A stretch of DNA of 64,000 bases, from contig NC_092382.1 of the NCBI RefSeq assembly GCF_030028105.1, positions 88,452,533-88,516,532 on the forward strand, in the 5' to 3' direction. This stretch comes from Mobula birostris. Lineage: Eukaryota. Shown here piece by piece: positions 23,972-36,262 of the stretch. How positions within the stretch are numbered: the first letter of the stretch is position 1; each line of letters starts with the position of its first letter. Below the pieces are notes generated by a model, which made no database searches, was not told the DNA's origin, and saw nothing but the letters and a program-made list of their open reading frames with translations. A program made the position numbers and the translations under genes.

Positions 23972-24961
23972 TAAAACCTCTACTCTTCTTGTTGCCATGT
24001 TAGCTGACAATGGCACCGTCTTTAATAGCTCCACAACCGTTTGGTTTTCTCATCATGAGTTAAAACTTCGCCAACTGTATCAATTGCACACGTTTCAATC
24101 AACTCGGCATCAGCGAATGGCTTCTTAGCTTTGGCAAGATCCCATGACACATGCAATGATGCAGCTGTTGTGCTCTCTTGTGCAGATGTTGACTTATAGC
24201 TGGTAGAAATGGAGTGCTTTATGCTGTTATTATATTTGTGATGTTTTGTTAGTGTTGATCTGATTTTGCAGGGTATTTGGCATTGAAACTGGCGGCATGT
24301 GTAGTGTTGAAGTGCTGCTTCAGATTTTCTGTTTTGCTGACAGCTACGGCAGCGGCGGATCTACTGACCATCGTGTTTGCGGTGATATTGTGGCCGTTCA
24401 GTTATTATTACCTCCCCGAGACTTTCCTGGACATCACCCCTGGGTGCAGTGTGATCTCTGCCCTGGTACAGGCAGCCACAGAAATTTCTGTCTGGTTCAC
24501 CGTCACTTTTACTTTTGATCGGTTTGTCGCCATTTGTTGCCAGAAGCGGAAAATAAAATATTGCACCCGGAAAACTACGGCTGTGGTTCTGACAACAACC
24601 GGCGTTCTGCTCTGCTTTAATAATGTGCCCTTCTTCTTTATATATCATCCTGTGAAAGTGGTTGACAATATACCCTGGGACTGTATTGAAATACCGGGTG
24701 GGTGGGATATGACCGGCTTTCTACCGTCCTCACACCATTACTCCCGTTCAACGCCCTGACAGTCAGACACATTTTGGTGACTAATCGTGTCCGTAAGGTG
24801 CTGAGGGGTCAGAGCAAGGCGGAGAACCGCAGTGACCCGGAGATGGGGAGCAGGAGGAGGTCTGTGATCTTACTTCTCACCATCTCCGGAAGCTTCACCA
24901 TCCCGTGGTCGGTGAATGTTGCCAAATTCCTTTATTACACCATTGCCGGACTGGATCCAAG

Positions 24962-27900
24962 TGTAAGGTGTTTCTTCTTTGTTATGTTATAATTGAAATG
25001 GCTTGTTTATTATGTTAACTGCTGAGAAAGTCCTCCCGCTAGCAGTTTGTTTGGATTATGTTACAGATAAGAGGGTGAACAAACCAATTGGGATAGATGT
25101 TATTCTTTCTGTGTGTCTGTAAGTTATTGTGATGGGTGGGTTTTTGGGAGAAGGTGGGAGAGAGAGACAGAGGATGGACAAGGTGCTGTGAGCCCGCTAA
25201 CAGGGTCGGACCCCACGCAGGAGTCCGAGGTCCAGGGTGTTCGGCGAGGAGACAGAGACGGACTCGTGTGGCGCGTCTGGTCGACCATTGTTGTTGGTCC
25301 CAGGCGGCAGGTTGAGGTGGTCCGAGGGAAGACGCAGGGTGAAGAAGGAGGGTCCTGAGGTCCAACTGTTTGTGCACGAAGAGATTGAACTTTGATAGGT
25401 GTGGTGCCTTTTATTTTCCTTTTGTATTTTATTCCCTATTATTAATTATATAGTTCCAGTAATATCTGTAAAACTGTAATTCATTTAATCGTATCTGGTG
25501 TACTGTGTCATTTGGGCGGGGTGGGGTACGTCACACCGCATCCACACAAACTAATTACCCAGTTTGGCAGGGCCGAGGGCTGTTTCCCTAGACGACCGCG
25601 AGCTGAGCGACCGTGAGGCTGGCCATGGGGGCTACATTTGGGGGCTCGTCCGGGATTTGAACCCGGGACCTGTCGCACCCCACCAGCTTCTTCCACCCTG
25701 ACCTGAAAAGCAGCAGGTAAAGGATGTTCAGCCTCTGGTTTTTTTCTTCCTGATGACTTCTTTTTGGTCAACTTTCAGTTTTTCCACTTCATTTAAACTG
25801 TCGATAGTATCTTTTCCGAGGTCTGTTCTCCTTTGCTTCATCTCCTGTGGAGTGTAGTCAAACTCCCCTCTCTGGGCTCTCGGTTTTCTGTTCGTCTTAG
25901 TCAGACCACTTCCTTGATCTTCCCCAACTTGTAAGTCTTCCAATCTTTTCTGGATTAATTCATCAGTACATGACCACAGTGTCGGCTCGGAATTCCGTTT
26001 CTCCTCATGGTCTCTCCTCCAACTCCCCACCAAAAGCCCCTGGTTCCCAGCCATATGTTCTATCAACAGGAAATTCAACTGGTTTGTCCGGTCATTTTTC
26101 TCACATTGCACCAAACTCCGCCAGCTAGTCCTGCAGACACAGAAGACTGTTATGGGAGAAGTACTTTGTTCATTATGGCCTCCCCCGGTAGATCCATAGT
26201 GATCAGTCACGGGACTGCGAGAGCAGACTTATCCATGAATTACTGGGTATGCTTGGGTTTGAGAAATCCAGGACCACCCCCTATCACCCGCAAGGTGATC
26301 CTCAGCCCGAGAGGTTTAACCGGACCCTGCTGGACATGCTCGGCACTGTGGCGATCGGTCAGAAGAGTAAGTGGAGTCAGCACATCGGCCATTTGGTTCA
26401 CTGTTACAATTGTACTCGCAATGACCCTACGGGGTACTCGCCTTATTATCTGATGTTCGGGCGGGAAGCGAAGTTGCCCATTGACCTGTGTTTTGGGACT
26501 GAAGCGGGTGAATTACCTTTGAAGCCATATCTGAAGTATGTGTCCGATATAAGGAGAGAGTTGAAAAGGGCGTACGAGTTGGCTGAGACAGCGGCCACCA
26601 AGCAGAATTAGAGGAAAAAGAAGAGGTATGATCAGAAAGTAAAATTCTCCCAACTATTGCCGGGAGAGCGGGACTTTATCCGGGATTTAGGACTACCTGG
26701 TAAGCACAAGCTGGCGGATCGCTGGGCGGCCACCCCCTATGTGGTAGAGAGCCAGATGCCGAATCTACCTGTTTACCGGGTGAGACCCGATGATGGGAAG
26801 GGGCCTGTCAATGTACTCCATCGGAACCACTTGTTGCCTCTGGGTCCAGAGGTGAAGGTAGACCCAGAGCCCGACTGGGAGTTTACGGCTAGTATGAGGA
26901 CTCTGCAAGGGCGCAGGGCGAGGGAAGAGCCCGCTGCGAAAGGGACAGGGCCGGTCCCCACCCGGAAAAGGGATACGTCATCGGAAGACGATAATTCGGT
27001 CGTGTGGCACCTCTTTCCGTTCACTGATTCCCCGGTACCGGAAAAAGAGGCTCCTGGCCCTTCCCCCACTGAGTTAGGGGAGAGGAGGGAGGGTGCTGAG
27101 GAGCCACCTGAAATACAGCCGGCATTGGGGAAAGAGAGGGTGAAACCAGAGCCCGAGGCAGAGGGCTCTCAGGTGCCGAGTGGTCCCAGTGAGGGTGAGG
27201 GTCCGACAGGTAGGCCCGGGGTGTCACCTGTGGAGTCTGAGCCGGAAGAGTCAGCTGAGGAGGTACAGAGGTCTCAGAGGAGTAGGCGTGGAGTTGACCT
27301 ATACAGTGCCAGGAGAACAGGGTGTGATCTCTACAACCCTGGGAAGTTATGTCACTGCTTTATGCACCTCGGTTGGGTTTTGTGTTTTGTAAGGAGAAAT
27401 GGTGAACTCTGTTAAAGTCATGAGGACATGACTTTTATTTGGTGGAGAAGAGTGTAAGGCGTTTCTTCTTTGTTATGTTATAATTGAAATGGCTTCTTTG
27501 TTATAACTGCTGAGAAAGTCCTCCCGCTAGCAGTTTATTTGGATTACGTACAGATCAGAGGGTGAACAAACCAATTGGGATAGATGTTATTCTTTCTGTG
27601 TGTCTGTAAGTTATTGTGATGCGGGTTTTTGGGAGAAGGCGGGAGAGAGAGACAGAGGATGGACAAGCTGCTGTGAGTCTGCTAACAGGGTCGAACCCCG
27701 CGCAGCAGTCCGAGGTCCAGGGTGTTCAGCGAGGAGAGGAGACGGACACGTGTGGAGCGTCTAGTCGACCATCGTTGTTGGTCCCAGGCGGCAGGTCGAG
27801 GTGGTCCGAGGGGAGACGCAGGGTGAACGAGGAGGGTCCTGAGCTCCAACTGTTTGTACGCTAAGAGATAGAACTTTGATAGGTGTGGTGCCTTTTATTT

Positions 27901-28120
27901 TCCTTTTATATTTTATTCTCTATTAATTATATAGTTCCAGTAATATCTATAAAACTGTAATTCATTTAATCGTATCTGGTGTATTGTCTGTTATTTGGGT
28001 GGGGTCGGGTACATCACACAGCATCCACACAAACCAATCATCTAGTTTGGCGGGGCTGAGGGCTGTTTCCCCAGATGACGGCGAGCTGAGCGACCCTGAG
28101 GCTGGCCAGGCGGGGCTACA
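24962..28120 (+). mobile_element. Non-autonomous Ty3/Gypsy LTR element: LTRs 24962-25636 and 27453-28120, integrase remnant about 26146-27290
   Basis: Paired TGTAAG...GCTACA LTRs, PBS, PPT ggtggagaagag (27441-27452), IHSDQ..TTPYHPQGDPQPERFNRTL integrase core, imperfect 4-bp TSD caag/caaa. Confidence 0.92.
25639..25682 (-). other. Extended PBS: antisense copy of the tRNA-Pro 3' half
   Basis: tgggggctcgtccgggatttgaacccgggacctgtcgcaccc is complementary to tRNA-Pro from CCA to the anticodon, with 1 mismatch at 25672. Confidence 0.9.
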
Positions 28121-28889
28121 CAAATAATTAAAATGATTCTGATCACATTTTTCAACACACCGGAGACATGCTGATGATATTATGTTGTTGCACAAACACG
28201 TTTATTTATGGAGTAAAGCAGTCCAAGTTCAGAGAGCAGTTCATCAGCGCAGCAAAATATCCGCTCACATCAATTATTCAACTAATTAACAGATAACATA
28301 TCTAAGCTCTTCTCGGCGGCGGTCGCAATGTTTTCGATCTTGACTCTACAGAACCAGCGGTAATCGGAGAACGTGGCAGCGGGGGAGAGTAAATCTGGTT
28401 TAGCACCCGAGAGAAACACAGCACAGGAACAGACTCTCCGACACCCGCACCCCGCCACCTCCTCTCCTACCGATTATTATGCTCATCCTACCTTTTATTT
28501 TCAGCTTTCCACCATATTCCCGCACTCGTCACCGCCAGACCCTTCTCGGTCTGAGAAAGCCAGACAGGTTCTGGGGACATTCAGGACCAAATCGGCAAAA
28601 ATGCCACTCATTTCCTACTTTAGTCTTTTGCATAAAAATTAAATTGGAAAAAAAAGGCCAACACGAACTTACAGTAAAGCTTGCACTTGTCCATCACATT
28701 AGACAAAAATGTTATGGAGGAATGTTTAACACCACAGCACTGATTCCCAATTGCGTGATTTTTTTTTACCGAAACCACCGATGCCTACTCTGCTTCGAGG
28801 AAAATAATGACATCTCACTTCCAGATTTCTAATAAATTTCCATCCGACTTCCCTCTACATTCACTCCAGTAGAATTGCACGTTTCCTAT

Positions 28890-31800
28890 ATGATATGATA
28901 ATCAATACATTATTACAGATAGGACAATCTATAATAACCATCCAGATATAATATTAGAGAATAAACAAGCAGGAACAACTTCCTCAATACATAAAACCAT
29001 TTCCAACACACACATGTTCCTTTGACCAGTGGAACACCTCACCAGAGGTATTGGTTGTGTCATCAGTCAGACAACTGCAAGATTTTCTCTGTCAATCAGC
29101 TTCCAAATGTTGCTACTCTGTCATTCGTTGCCAAGACCCACTGCTGATTCCCTTCTCATCATCATATGTTCTCCCCAGTGTGAACTGACTGGTGTGTCAG
29201 GAGATAAGATGACTGAGTGAATCCCTACCCACGGTCTGAGCAGGTGAATGGCCTCTCCCCATTATGAACTGACTGGTGTGCCAATAGGGTGGATGGCTGA
29301 GTGAATCTCTTTCCATAGTCTGAGCAGGTGAACAGCTTCTCCCCAGTGTGAACTCGTTGGTGACTCTGTAGGTGGGATGACCGAGTGAATCCCTTCCCAC
29401 AGACTGAGCAGGTGAATGGCCACACCGCAGTGTGAACTGACTGGTGTGTAAGTAGTTCAGATGACCAAGTGAATTCCTTCCCACAGTCTGAGCAGGTGAA
29501 CGGCCTCTCCCCAGTGTGAACTGAATGGTGTGCCAATAGGGAGGATGACTGAGTGAATCCCTTCCCGCAGTCTGAGCAGGTGAACAGCTTCTCCCCAGTG
29601 TGAACTCGTTGGTGAATCTGTAGGTGGGATGACTGAGTGAATGTCTTCCCACAGTCTGAGCAGGTGAATGGCCTCTCCCCGGTGTGAACTGACTGGTGTC
29701 TCTGTAGGTAGGATGACTGAGTGAATCCCTTCCCACAACCTGAGCAGGAGAAATCCCTCTCTGCAGTGTGAACTCGCTGATGTACCTTCAGTTTAGATGA
29801 ACAAGTGAATCCCTTCCCACAGTCCGAGCAGGTGAACGGCCGCTCCCCGGTGTGAACTCGCTGGTGAGCCATTAGGTCAGATGACCAAGGGAATCCTTCC
29901 CCAGAAATTCAGCAGATGACCAGCCTCTGCCCAGTGTGAACTGTCAGGTGAGTCCACAGGTGGGAAGACCGACTGAATCCCTTCTCACACACAGAGCAGA
30001 TGAACACACATATCAGCCCAGTGTGAACTTGCTGATGTAGCTTCAGTTCAGATGACCGAGTGAATCCATTCCCACTGCCTAATGAGCAGGTGAATGGCCT
30101 CTCCTGTGCAAAATGACAGGCATGCCAGTCAGTCAGATGATCGAGTGAATCCCTTCCCACAGTCTGAATGGGAAGGATGGTTGTTTGAATCCCTTGCTCC
30201 ACTTCTTAAATATCTTGACAGAGTCTGCAAAACTGGCGTGTTGTGTTTGAATTCCCATGGACAATTTCCTTGTCATTTTTAACCTGTAAAAAGATTTACA
30301 AAATACATCAATGGGTGAAGAACAACATTTCAGTTGAGATCACTTTAGTTGCCAAGGTGAAGAGAGAAATTATCTTCTAACTGGGCACAATGCTGGCATC
30401 TGGAATGACCAGCAAACTCTCTGATGCTCTTCCTGTCTTGAAAGAATGCGGCATTGTTGCCATCTCCAATCTGTGACCTGGCTGAGTCTGACTCTCTCCA
30501 TCGGTATTATTCCCTGTTTCCACTGAGCTGCATGGGTTCCTGGCCCCACAGCAACTGAAACACTCTCACACGAACAGCCTTTGTTAACTTGCAGCTGGGA
30601 TTTTCTTCTATGTACTGTTAATTTAAAGTCCCACAGTTTTAACGCCATGTAAATATCTCCTACTCAGATGTATGGTTGGTCTGCACAGCTGTTAAAAGGA
30701 ATTAGAGTGAATATTAGTATTATTCAAGATTCTTGTCACAGTCATAGAAAAGTATAACACAGAAACAGACCATTTGGCCCATCAAGTTTGTGTCGAGCTA
30801 CTTAAACTTCCTACTCCCATACCCCTACCATCCAGTTACCTATACAAACATCTAACATGTTGCAAGTGAGCTCGCAAGCACCACTAGTGCTGGCTGCCCA
30901 TTCCACACCTGGATGACCGTCTCCGTGAACAAGTTTCCCCTCTTGTTCCACATAACCTTTCACCTTTCACCCTTAACCTCTGTGTCCATCAAATCTCCCC
31001 TCACTCTTCTACGCTCCAAGGAATAAAGTCCTCACCTGTTCAATCTTTCCTTATAACCCAATTCCTCCAGACCTGGCAACATCCTTGTGAATTACCTCTG
31101 AACTCTTTCAACCGCTTTTACATCTTTCTGTTGGTGGGTGACCAAAACTGCACACAATACTCCAAATTAGGCCTCACCAGTGTCTTGTACAATGTCAACA
31201 AAACATCCATCTCCTGTACTCAGTACTTTGGTTCATGAAGGCCAAGGTGCCAAAATCTCTCGTTCTGTCCCTATCTACCTGTGATACCACTTTCAGTAAA
31301 ATATAGACCGGTATTCCCAGATCCCTTTCTTCAACAACACTCCTCAGTGCCTGACCAGTCACTGTGTAAGACCTACACTGGTAGGTCCTACCAAAGCACA
31401 ACACCTCGCACTTGTCTGCATTAAATTCCATTTTCCATTTCTTAAACCATTTTTCCAGCTGGTCCAGTTTGCACTGCAAGCCATGATAGTCTTCTCGCAG
31501 TCCACTAGATCCCCAGTCTTGGTGTCATGGTGATCCAGCTAACCATGTTATCATCCAGACTACTGATAAAGATGACAAACAACAACAGATCCAGCACTGA
31601 TCCTTGAGGCACACCACTAGTCACAGGCCTCTGGTCAGAGAGGCAACCATCTGCTACCACACTCTGGCTTCTCCCAAAGACAGTGTCTCATCCAATTTAC
31701 TATCTCATCTTGAATGCTGAGTGACTGAACATTCTTAACCAACCTCCCATATGAGACTCTGTCAAGTGCCTTGCTAAAGTCCATGTAGACAACATCCACT

Positions 31801-33395
31801 GCCTTGCCTTCATCCACTTTCCTGATAACCTCCTCGAGAAACTCTATAAGATTGGTGAGACATGACCTACCATGCACAAAGCCATGCTGCCTATCCTTAA
31901 TCAGTCCTCATCTATCCAAATACTTATATATCCAGTTCCTGCACACAACGTTCCAATAACTTTCACACTACTGATGTCAAGCTCACCAAAGTAGAATTTC
32001 CTGGTTTATTTTTAGAGCCTTTCTTGGACAGATGCTGTCCTCCAATCCTCCAGTACCTCACCTGTCACTGAGGGTAATTTAAGTATCTGTGCTTGGGCCC
32101 CGACAATTACTGCACTTGTCTTCCGCAGGGTCCCATGGAACAACTTGTCAGACCCTGGGTATTTATCCATGGTAGTTTGCCTTGGGACAGCAAACACCTC
32201 CACCTCTGTAATCTGTACAGGGGCCATTAAGTTGATGCTGCCTTGCCTCACTTCTGTTGACTGTGTCCATCTCCTTTGTAAATACGGATGCAAAAAAAAA
32301 ATCTCCCCCATCCATTTGGTCTCCTCATATGGGTTACCATTCTGATCTTCCAGAGGATTAATTTTGTCCCCTGCAATCTTTTTGCTGTTAACATATTTGC
32401 AGAATCCCTGAGGATTCTCTTTCACCTTGTCTGCTGGGGCAACCTCATGCCTTCTTTTATTTCTTTCATAAGTGTTCACTTGAATTTCCCGTATTTCATA
32501 AGTACCCCATTTGTTCCTATCTGCCTGTACCTGGTATGCACCTCGTTTTTATTGATCTGGGAGATGAAAGCCAAAGGGGTGATAGAGCTGCATGGTGGGA
32601 GGTGGGGGTTGGGGAGGGTCAAACTAAATTTGCAGGGGGAATGGGAACCTGAATAACAGAACAGATAGTGGAGGGGTTGTGGAGACAAATGTTGTGGAGA
32701 CAGACATTGTTCAGACCTCAGACAAGGTCAGGAATGAAAAAGTTGAGCATGGTGCAGGGAATATGCTCAATCCTGTATATTTCAATACAGGGAGCAGCAT
32801 AGGAAAGGTGGATGTGTTCAGGGCATGGCTCAACACCTGGAATTATGACTCTGGGATCTGGCAACTGCGGACTGGGACAGGTGTGCTTGGTAAATGGGAG
32901 GCCTTCAAAGCGAAATTATGAACGTACAAAGCGGGTATGTACTTGTCAGAATAAAATGTAAAGATAGAAACTGTAAGAAACTTTGGTTTGCAAGAGATAT
33001 TGAGACCCTGGTGAAGCACAAAATGGAGTTGCATCACAGGGATCGGCAGGCAACTTCTGATGGAGTATAAGAAATGCAAGAGAACACATAAGAAATAAAT
33101 CAGAATGTCAAAAAGAAGGCATGAGGTTGCCCTCACAGAAAAAAAAAATGAAGGGTAATCCTTAGGGATTCTAGAGATAGATTAAGATCAAAAGTATTGC
33201 AAGGGACAAAATTGGTCCTCTGGATGACCAGAATGGTAGTCCACGTTTGGAACCAAAGCAGATGGGAAAGATCTGAAATACTTACTCAGGAGATGGACAC
33301 AGAGTCTATGGAAGTGTGGGAAAGTGGCATTAACATTGTGGTCCCTGTATAGATTAAAGAAGAGGAGATGTTTGTTATCCTGAGGCAGATGAGGA
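28890..33395 (-). repeat. Inverted partial cassette copy C
   Basis: Reverse complement of A about 2710-8490, with the 3' UTR deleted at about 29168; CR1 mosaic at 30740-33395. Confidence 0.9.
29225..29872 (-). CDS. C2H2 zinc-finger protein C, 7 fingers (7th has Cys>Tyr); possibly a pseudogene
   Basis: 215-aa finger ORF starting [10 protein letters not shown]; poly(A) region deleted. Confidence 0.65.
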   Translation of the reverse strand: MAHQRVHTGERPFTCSDCGKGFTCSSKLKVHQRVHTAERDFSCSGCGKGFTQSSYLQRHQSVHTGERPFTCSDCGKTFTQSSHLQIHQRVHTGEKLFTCSDCGKGFTQSSSLLAHHSVHTGERPFTCSDCGKEFTWSSELLTHQSVHTAVWPFTCSVCGKGFTRSSHLQSHQRVHTGEKLFTCSDYGKRFTQPSTLLAHQSVHNGERPFTCSDRG

Positions 33396-33559
33396 AAGGT
33401 ACGTCACATCTGGAATTATTTCCAGTTAGCGGATGATTTCCTTCTACACGTATTGGGAAATCACATACAAGGCAAGTTACAGCAGGGGTTTGCCATTGCC
33501 TTGAGAGCACCAGCTCTTAACCCAGCACAGATAGAGAGCGTGCAAGGATGTCGTGAATG

Positions 33560-33930
33560 CAGTCCAGAATAAAATGGAAAGTAGGGAAAGCTTAGGAAGC
33601 TAGAATCAAACAGAGACATGGAGGATTAATATGAAGCCAGAAATGAACTTCAAGAAATAAAAGCAAAACTCGAGGAGAATTCAGAAAGCCATGACGGCCC
33701 ATAAAAACTCCTTGGCAAGTATGATTAAAGAGAATCTTAAAGCATTCTTTACATACATCAGGAGCAAGAGGATAACACGGGAGAGTGTGGGACCACTCAA
33801 GGACAAAGGGGGAGGGGAGCATTTGGTTGGATACAAAAGATATGGCTGAAGTTGATAAAGAGTACTTTACATCAATATTTACCAAAGACAAGGAAGTGGA
33901 GCACATGGAGATCAAGGCCTGTTTCCGTGC
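33560..33930 (+). mobile_element. CR1 ORF2 tether fragment
   Basis: IKENLKAFFTYIRSKRITRESVGPLKDK. Confidence 0.7.
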
Positions 33931-35396
33931 TGTGTGATCCACCACTCTGGACATGACAAATTAACGATGGTGGCATCGCAAGGCATTGATTTCAAAACTC
34001 CACACCCCTGTGAATATCTGTTTCTGTCAGGGTAACATACAGATTGGTCACTTCTGCTAAACAACTGGCAATTGATGAAGTTCCTGTGTCGTCTTCCATT
34101 AATGTTGCTTCCTTACAGCAAAACTAACCCTCTCACTGTGTCAGAATCAGTGATTAAATCCGGCTCCAAACACTGTGTTTTCATCCCTGCACATTGTAAC
34201 TTGAACCATCTCACTGAGGGTCTGATGGAGACACAACCCCTGCCCTCTGCACGTGTGATCACATCTCCCCTGATTCTGACATTTCAAATACCCTCAGAAT
34301 GGTTTTCTGATTCAGTCTGAAGGTTATGGTACATTCAGCTCATCGTCAAACCTGACAAACCATGTCTTCCCACAGCTGGTTCCACCTGTTGGTGTGTTCT
34401 CTTTCCTCCACCTCCAGGGAAGCTGCATCTCCACACAAACTCCTCACTTGAGATGACTGTCTGTACCCGTGACACAGGAAATCACATCACTGTCTCTCTC
34501 CTGATACCATGTGTGACCTGCTCACCCCCGGGTAGCCTCCCTCAACAAGCTTCTTCCTCAGTCACCATCTGTGAGATTATATAAAACAAAAACAATTAAA
34601 ATGATCTATCAGACAACTCCTGTACCCCTCCACCCCGCTTCTCTGCTTAAAACTCTTCTCCTCAGCCCCTTCCTTTCTCCCTTTCCCCTTACAAACTCCA
34701 GATGTGCATACTGACCAGAACCCACTGTGTGGACATTTATATCTCACAGGAGACTGAACAACCCCGTGTCCCTCTTTGATACAGAGGTCACTGACACCCC
34801 ACCGCCATCCCAATCTGCACCAACAGCCCATGACGGTGACAGCTCTTCCCAGACTCTGGGGCTTTGTAACAAACACAATGTTAACAGCAAGATTAGACAG
34901 TAATTCATATGAAGAGAGAATTGTTGCTCACTGAACAGATACCCGAGCGTCCGATACAACGGAGCAGATCCTCCCCTGTTTACAACTTTATCTGACCCGG
35001 GTCACGGAACGTCCGATCATCCCACTTCCTCACAACAGCAACCCCATCCTCCCCCCACCCGACTACGGTCTCACATCTTTCCAACCACTCACCCCACACC
35101 CACAGTCCACCCATAACCTCTACCCACACACAGACAGATCCCCTTCACCCCAAACCCCCTCCCAGCCTGGGAACCACAACGAACTGATCCCACAGCCCGG
35201 GCTCGGGCGCAAAGCTAAAACCGGGGCTGCGGGACGACCGGCAGAACTCGGTCCCGGCCCTTTCCCACTGCAGCAGGCCCCCGATTCACGCACTCCAGGA
35301 ATAACCCACTCACTCACCGCCGCCTGAACGGCAGACACACCAGCAAAGGCAACAGCTGCGGTTGGCACCGCGCCTGCGTTTACCAGGAGGTTCGCC

Positions 35397-35458
35397 GCAG
35401 CGCCACCCGTGGCCGGAGGACCATGCAGCGCCACCCGTGGCCGGAGGACCATGCAGCG
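35397..35458. repeat. 28-bp tandem duplication
   Basis: gcagcgccacccgtggccggaggaccat x2 plus a partial copy. Confidence 0.9.
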
Positions 35459-35499
35459 GCCGGAGGCGGGAGGGACAATGGAGAGATAAATCACAAACA

Positions 35500-35594
35500 A
35501 CACACATCAAAGTTGCTGGTGAACGCAGCAGGCCAGGCAGCATCTGTAGGAAGAGGTGCAGTCGACGTTTCAGGCCGAGACCCTTCATCAGGAC
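35500..35594 (-). mobile_element. 95-bp Penelope-derived insertion with 12-bp TSD
   Basis: TSD aaatcacaaaca at 35488-35499 and 35595-35606; nearly identical to 19837-19922. Confidence 0.85.
35559..35594 (-). ncRNA. Minimal type I hammerhead ribozyme motif
   Basis: Minus strand: gtc-CTGATGA-agggtctcggcct-GAAA-cGTC^gac; helix I gtc/gac; predicted cut between 35564 and 35563. Confidence 0.75.
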
Positions 35595-35949
35595 AAATCA
35601 CAAACATTTCCCTCCGAGGGAAGTTGGGGCGTTTGTGAAGCGTCTCCTGCGGCCGGAGTCTGATGTATCGCTGAGAGGTAGGAGGAGACCGCTCGGCCCG
35701 TCGGTTTGATGCCGGTTCCCCGGGGAGGGAGAGGATGAAGACGGTGAGAGAGGGGGCGGACAGGATGTTTGTCCCGGTGGGGACAGGAGGGGCTCATCTG
35801 TGGAAATGTCTGAGCCCACGGTGGTGGCGATTCACCACATTGGGGGGCAAACACCGGCAGACTGTTGCCCTGCAAGCGGGGCCAATGGTCCGGGCAAAGT
35901 GGGGATGGAAGTGGTGTTGGGGGGGGGGGTGAGGAGAGGACTTTTCGTA

Positions 35950-36262
35950 TGGTGTTTGTATCCATAACAGAGGGCTCAGACTCAAAACTGAGGAGTGACC
36001 TTTTAGAGTAGTTAAGGAGGATTTTATTTAGTCAGAGAGCAGTGAATCTGTGGAATTCTCTCACACGGCGGTGGAGGCCAAGTCTGTGGCTACATTTAAG
36101 GCAGAAACTAATAGTTTGCTGATCAGTCAGGGCATTGCAGGAGATGCCGAGGAGGCAGGTGCATGGGGTTGAGTGAGAACCGGGATCAGACATGATAGAA
36201 CGGCGGAGCAGACTCGATGGGGCTGAATGGCCTAATTCTGCTCCTGTGTCTTATGGTCTTAT
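35950..36262 (+). mobile_element. CR1 3' end
   Basis: agagagcagtgaatctgtggaattct motif and a tcttatggtcttat tail. Confidence 0.7.

Larger units (their letters stand above)
22945..24332 (-). mobile_element. hAT (Charlie/Buster, GTF2IRD2-like) relic: terminus at 22945 and transposase fragment 23972-24332
   Basis: cagggttcccc TIR-like end. Minus translation reads ENLKQHFNTTH...ASLHVSWDLAKAKKPFADAELIETC...VPLSANMATRR. Confidence 0.75.
24335..28295 (+). pseudogene. GPR139/GPR142-like class A GPCR pseudogene, 5'-truncated, frameshifted, split by a Gypsy element (24335-24961 plus 28121-28295)
   Basis: AAADLL (TM2), SVWFTVTFTFDRFVAICCQK..KYCT (TM3), DPEMGSRRRSVILLLTISGSF (TM6); after the LTR, CCTNTFIYG..QSKFREQF (TM7/H8). 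Confidence 0.85.
35150..35900 (-). promoter_or_regulatory. CpG island with candidate exon 1 (donor at 35317) upstream of ZNF C
   Basis: Dense CpG; minus-strand gcg|gtgagt; candidate 43-nt exon 34568-34526 (ctcacag|atg...ggg|gtgagc). Confidence 0.5.

Noticed and set aside
23412-24003. Pro/Gly/Arg-rich ORFs on both strands
   Set aside because: Translations of the 28-bp minisatellite.
25639-25682. tRNA-Pro gene
   Set aside because: Only the 3' half is present, with encoded CCA and directly after an LTR, so it is a PBS-derived copy.
35120-35965. Overlapping GC-rich ORFs in the CpG island
   Set aside because: Expected from stop-poor GC-rich DNA; they run through TE insertions and have no domain signature.
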